64,000 nucleotides of DNA from Octopus vulgaris (lineage: Eukaryota). Positions 57,713 to 64,000 of this stretch are shown piece after piece. The notes below the pieces were generated by a model that was given only the letters and a program-made list of their open reading frames with translations, had not been told where the DNA came from and searched no databases. The DNA is taken from the NCBI GenBank assembly GCA_951406725.2, contig OX597819.1, forward strand, positions 1,736,001 through 1,800,000. The letters run 5' to 3'. Position 1 is the first letter of the stretch. Each line of letters begins with the position of its first letter. The position numbers were made by a program, and so were the translations under genes.

Positions 57713-58338
57713 CAGTCACTAGAAATATCAAAATGCTTACACGCAGAACTATATGCAAACACTGTGCCATGTTGCCTACCAGTAACACAGTGTCAAGAAA
57801 TTTCACATTCTAACCGAGTCCATCTCCTCGCTTGGCGCTTTTCACACCACCAGAATGTGCTTCTATACAAATATGGACGGGAGAATTGGAAGAGAACAAT
57901 GCGTAAGTGTAACTCTCCACTTCCACTGAAAATTAATACAGAGAGTGCAATACGCTCTTGATTTGGCATGAAATAGTAAAGCGGTTTATTGTGCCTAGTA
58001 GTTCGGCTGTATATCTGCTTGATTAATAACACAAGATTATTGACATATTTGATTACACAGGTTTAAAAATGAATAATTATTTAATTATATAATGTTTCTT
58101 TTCATTTAGAATTATAAATACATAAAAAAGTTAAAATGCATTAAGTTCATTTTCAATACATCGAATTCAGAATAATTCCCAGAGAAAATTGAGTGTTATA
58201 TGAATGTATTAAATTCTATATTTGAATATTAAAACTTTAAGTGAACGGTTCCATTGGTTTATTTGATTAACGTTTTGGTAAAACACATATTAGGTTAACT
58301 TTATTTTAATTACCTTCTAATTTCACTTCTTTCTTCAG

Positions 58339-58800
58339 GTTATGATTGACGGAATAGCGCGTGTCCTTTTTCTCCGCGACCAAGTGATGGACAAGAATCA
58401 TAAAGAACAATCCAAAATGCGAAACTGGAATGTAAAGGTGACTGGCGAAAATAACAAGAAATTTCCTGCAGCCGATGCGAAATTTGCGAAGGTGCGATTA
58501 CTTGAAAATAAAGACGAAAAAATGTCTGCATCATCGGATACACTTGAACCCTCGGTTCCTGATACGGTCATAGAACAACATGATGATAGACAGTCTCTGA
58601 TGCGCTCTGCCATTCTCGAAGAGGTCAAAGCTATCCGGGAAATGTTGGATAAAGTCCAAGAAAAAAAAATGAAATTGGAAGAACGTGAAAAATTGGTGCG
58701 AGAATGGCGAGTGATAGCTTGCGTTACAGATAGACTGTTTTTTATCGTGTACGTATTGGTCAACGTTATTGGGGTTCTAGTGATATTTGTTAGAAAATAA
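58339..58800 (+). CDS. nAChR-family subunit, terminal coding exon: intracellular loop, MA helix, M4 and stop (VMIDGIARVLFL...EWRVIACVTDRLFFIVYVLVNVIGVLVIFVRK*)
   Basis: Polypyrimidine tract and cag end at 58338. Phase 0 matches the previous exon. Contains the nAChR EW..A.V.DR.F motif before M4; TAA stop at 58798-58800. Confidence 0.94.
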   Translation, partial: VMIDGIARVLFLRDQVMDKNHKEQSKMRNWNVKVTGENNKKFPAADAKFAKVRLLENKDEKMSASSDTLEPSVPDTVIEQHDDRQSLMRSAILEEVKAIREMLDKVQEKKMKLEEREKLVREWRVIACVTDRLFFIVYVLVNVIGVLVIFVRK

Positions 58801-59093
58801 GACAAAACAGGCTTCCATTTTGCATGGATTAACATGAGGTTTCCGTTTGTAATCTTCTTCTTGTCCTCTTCCTACACCTTCTTTGCCTCAAAATTCTCAA
58901 TGCAATTTATATTGATATAATATTTATAATATATTGCTCTAACCACACAGATATATATTTATATACACACACATATACTCACATATATCTTAATGTATTT
59001 GTGTGTGTGTCTCTACATACACTTACATTAATATGTATTTACAAGCATATATTTGTATGTGTATAAGTCGAGATATATTTGTGTGTGGTAAGG

Positions 59094-59150
<57 letters not shown>

Positions 59151-59287
59151 TATATGTAATATTTACCTTAATACATACGTAGACTAATATTATATAGCAA
59201 TGTATTAATTTAGCCAGTAGAATGTATGAGTATACATATATGTAATGTTATAATATATATGTATACACACATGCGCATATATGTATA

Positions 59288-59365
<78 letters not shown>

Positions 59366-60150
59366 CAAAGAGAAAGAATGCAACGGTGCGAGTTTACAAA
59401 AGGGAGAGTTTGATAGATATACTGTAGGGGAAAATGGATATACACTAATGTATTTAGTTAATTCAAATGTATGAATATGTGTGTAAATATATACATATAT
59501 CATATATGCATACGCATATATATGTGTGTTTGTATGCATATATGAGTGTGTGTGTGTGTGTGTGCATATATATATATATATATATTTACAAACACACACA
59601 TATATATATATACAAACATTATATATATACACATATATATACATATATATATTTATATATGCGCATGCACACACATATCTTTGTATATATATATATATAT
59701 ATACATATATACAAAGATATATGTGTGCATGCGCATGTGGATATGAGAGAGAGAAAAACAAAGTGATGCATAAATACATTCATGTATATAAAAGTGTCAA
59801 ATTGCCCGTAAGTTAAAAGTTATAAATCTATTGTATATTACCCATATATATTCGTAGTAAACGTATTTTAACTGAATGAATGTGTAGCATATTAGGTTTA
59901 AAATATAAACAAATGAAATATTCACAGTTTTCATATAAATGATTCCACCTAAATAATTGGAATACATAAGTATTTGTAAATGTTGCTTTGTATTTAATTT
60001 CTAAATGAAATGTTAGATAGAAGGTGATCATATTATATTATTGGCATTTTACTGCGTAAAATACTAAACATATATGAATAACTTATATTGCATGTGTCAG
60101 TTCTTGTGTGTAAAAGTATATTTAGAAACAGAAATATTTAGATGCGTTTT

Positions 60151-60209
<59 letters not shown>

Positions 60210-61509
60210 GTTTATTTAATCTCTTAGTTTTAATTCAATATCCTATCTTATCTCTGAGACAAAGCTGAATAATATCAGAGGACAAGCAAGAGGAACCGTT
60301 CCTTAAGAAATTTCAATTTAACATTTCAAGCAAATGATAAAACGGAAACCAAGTGACAAGTCATGTATACAATTTGATGATTTGATCTTTTCACAAGTGA
60401 GACTTCATTTTACGTCCACCCTGTTGTCCAGGGCCATCTTTTCAAAACGAAATTATATATGAAAGAGAGCAAAATAAGAAATTAAAAAATTTCCAGCGTG
60501 ATGGCCTGGATGATATGTAAGTACACATATACTGATAAAAGACATGCATTGGCACACACTCATCAATTTAAATGAACTTAATGCGTAGCTTCACTTATAA
60601 TATATACGAACGCACGCTGACGAAAACCAGATACAGAAAAGGTATATGTGTATATACATACATACATATACATACATACATACATACATATATAATATAT
60701 ATATATGCATATATATATATATATATATACATATATATATGTATATATATATATATACATATATATATACATATATATACATATACATATATACATATAC
60801 ATATACATATATATGCATATATATATATATCAAATTTACATTACAGCAATCTGAGATAGAATGGTGTTTGCCATGTAAAAAGACCTCTAAAATATTAAGC
60901 AGAATACAATTATAATAATTCTGCCTCAGTTTTCTACTTTTCTTGTTCAACGGACTAAAGAAACAAAAACAAAGTGAAAGCGGTAATTGAAAATATGATG
61001 ACAAGTAAAATGCAGTTCTGCTAAATTAGTTCCAGACATGCAAGACGATTTTATGATTGAAATAAAGCACCCTCGGAAATCGAACGCATCGATGTGTAAA
61101 ATTAAAGAGCACGAAATAATTCAAAAATTGATAAAGAATAACTAACACGAACGTTACTTCTTATATACATATATATATATATATATGTAACATATATATA
61201 TATATATATACATGTATGTGTGTGTACGTGTGTGTGTGTTTGTGTGTGTGTATAAGCAATTGTCAATCTCTATGTATCTTTAAATATATACATACATGCA
61301 AAAATTATCTCGTATTAATTATCAAGTTATAGTTACACGTATATATGTACATATATACATATGCAAATGTATATGTATATTATATATATATACATATCTA
61401 TGTATCTATAAATAAGTGTATGTATATATCAATTTACAAACACACTGAAGCACACACATACACACACCACCCCCACACGCATATATATAAGTGTGTGGTA
61501 TATATATAA

Positions 61510-61543
<34 letters not shown>

Positions 61544-62309
61544 CATATATATATAAACAATGCACACATACAAATTTATGTATTTATGTATGCATATATG
61601 TAGACATACGAATATATAGAGATATGATATCCAAATGTTAAACGCTGTCTTTATAACTGATGATTAAAAAGTCCTTTTAATAAATCTGCCAGATACAAAG
61701 ACCATTTAATGAAAATGTATTAACGATACACTAAACATTGCAGTACATTTAAAGAAAAAAAACGAAGAGCGTTGTAAACTATAAAAGCTATTCTATTGTT
61801 ATTAATGTCATTACTGATTGTTATGCCGTTAAATTGAATTCTCATGTGTTTATGAAGAAATGAGATCATTTTTTTCTTCATGAAATCAAACAAAATAAGC
61901 AGTAGGAATGAATGTGTAATCGTATTTGTTGGAAAGGAAACTTTCTCTGCGGTATATTGGTTATTGCAAACTACTTTTTTCACGGTTTTGAAAACAAATA
62001 GAAAAGAAAGAAAGGAAGAAATAATAAGAGAAATAAAGGAAAATGTTTACAATGACAAATCTGCAAATAGAAAACTTAAATCAAGCATGAATATGTATGT
62101 AGCCATTACATACGTACACATGTGTGTTTCTGTATTTTATGGGCACCTATGTGCACATTATTTCTTATAAGCATAAGTTCATATTTGTAATTATTTTATA
62201 ATTTACTACACATTGTACGTTATACTTGTGTATACACATACTCACGTGCACACACACACAAATACAAGTGCATACACCCATACACTGGCACGCACACAAA
62301 CACATATAC

Positions 62310-62345
<36 letters not shown>

Positions 62346-62445
62346 ACATATATATACATATGCATGTGTATATATACATATATATATATTCATATATATA
62401 TATATATACATACATATATATATATATACATATATATATATATTC

Positions 62446-62483
<38 letters not shown>

Positions 62484-62525
62484 GTATATGTATATGTATG
62501 TGTATATATATATATGTATATATAT

Positions 62526-62579
<54 letters not shown>

Positions 62580-62994
62580 TGACTTTGCCGATTGCGAATA
62601 TGAAATATATTTAGAAAATAATTTCAGTCATTAGAATTTTTTTTTAAAATCTTTAAGCAAATATATATTCTCTTTGAGTGTATGTATACTGAAATTCTAT
62701 ACATATTCTCTGCTGAGTATAATCGGGAACGTTCATAGCGCAATAGATAATGCAAGGCCAACCTAAGAATATGAGACATTAAAACATTATCTCACGATTG
62801 AGCAATTTTTTAAAATTTGAAAGTTTTAGTTTGCAAATAGTTTTCCTTTCCTTAAGAAAGTATTTTTTATTTTTATCTGGCATTATAAAGACAATTCATA
62901 AAAGTGCTACCTTCTATTATAACATACTTGTATCCGTCTCATCCAGCTATCTCTCTATAATAGCGAATGTAATACTTATATTTATCTACCTATC

Positions 62995-63132
<138 letters not shown>

Positions 63133-64000
63133 ATCATATATATATAAATATATATGTGTGTGTACATATGAATATATATTTCCATATGTATGTACAAATT
63201 CATGCATACACTCTTAGACACACATATACGCTATATACACACATACGCACGACCACACACGCAGATTTATATATATGCTGTTTAGCGTATCAAACACACA
63301 TACGTTTTAAAATAGGTGGATCAGTTTATAATGTGCTAGTGGTGTAAGGTGATAAAAATGTGAAGTAGAGCGACATTTAATGGAGCATTTGCTTTTCGTT
63401 TTACTTTCTCACGTTAAATAGTTTTTGTTATCATTCAACTGAAATAGATTATATAAGAGGGAAAGATCAAATATTGGCTTTTGGGCGATTAAATATGTTT
63501 TATGTAAAGTAGTTGCATGTATTTGATAAGTTACATGATGTGTACGTGGTCTTACACAGTATATTTTAATTCATATACACACACCGTCACATTCAATACC
63601 ACTTAAACTTGCTTACGGATAGTCGTACATTAAAATTAAGGTTAAAGATAATAGTTAACTAGTAGGTAACTTATGGTATCGATTTTTAGTGGGTTTCTCA
63701 TCAAAACAAGTTTAAGGAAATTCCTTTTAGCTTCCAAGCTCTTGAAATCATAACTAAATGGAATGTGTCATATACTGTATATATATATATATACATACAT
63801 ACACACATACAAATGTATGCATGTATATATATATGTATGCTTGTAAGCATCTGCGCGTGTATATATATGTGTGTGTGTATGTATGTATGTAAATATATAC
63901 ACCCACACGCACAGAGACATACACACAAATATGCATGTATGTATCTTTGATTTGTTTGTTATTTTATTTTTGTACGTGAATGTGTGCGCGTACAAATATA

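Noticed and set aside
58398-58835. 145-aa antisense ORF over the terminal exon
   Set aside because: Shadow frame of the real + strand coding exon.

Overview
AT-rich, microsatellite-dense eukaryotic DNA. The SINE/LINE complement and the receptor sequence point to a coleoid cephalopod, probably Octopus (inference). The only host gene visible is the 3' half of a + strand Cys-loop (nicotinic acetylcholine receptor-family) subunit: an M2 pore exon near 20.5 kb, an M3 exon (54608-54726) and a terminal loop/M4 exon (58339-58800). The ligand-binding and M1 exons were not found and probably lie upstream of the window. The M2 sequence GMNIFVAFF(V/L)LLLLLAES resembles the lophotrochozoan anion-selective nAChR clade. 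Main finding: the M2 exon is tandemly duplicated (87 nt and 84 nt, both phase 1-1, intact splice sites) with only 40 nt between the copies, the layout of sterically enforced mutually exclusive exons. The copies differ at pore position 13' and in the M2-M3 gating loop. The introns hold a decayed Penelope-like element with hammerhead ribozymes in both terminal repeats, two further hammerhead-bearing repeat types (one bidirectional palindrome, one G3:C8 core variant), R4/Dong, RTE, CR1 and Tx1-like LINE remnants, tRNA-SINEs and a non-autonomous Helitron. Almost all ORFs in the supplied track are microsatellite artefacts.
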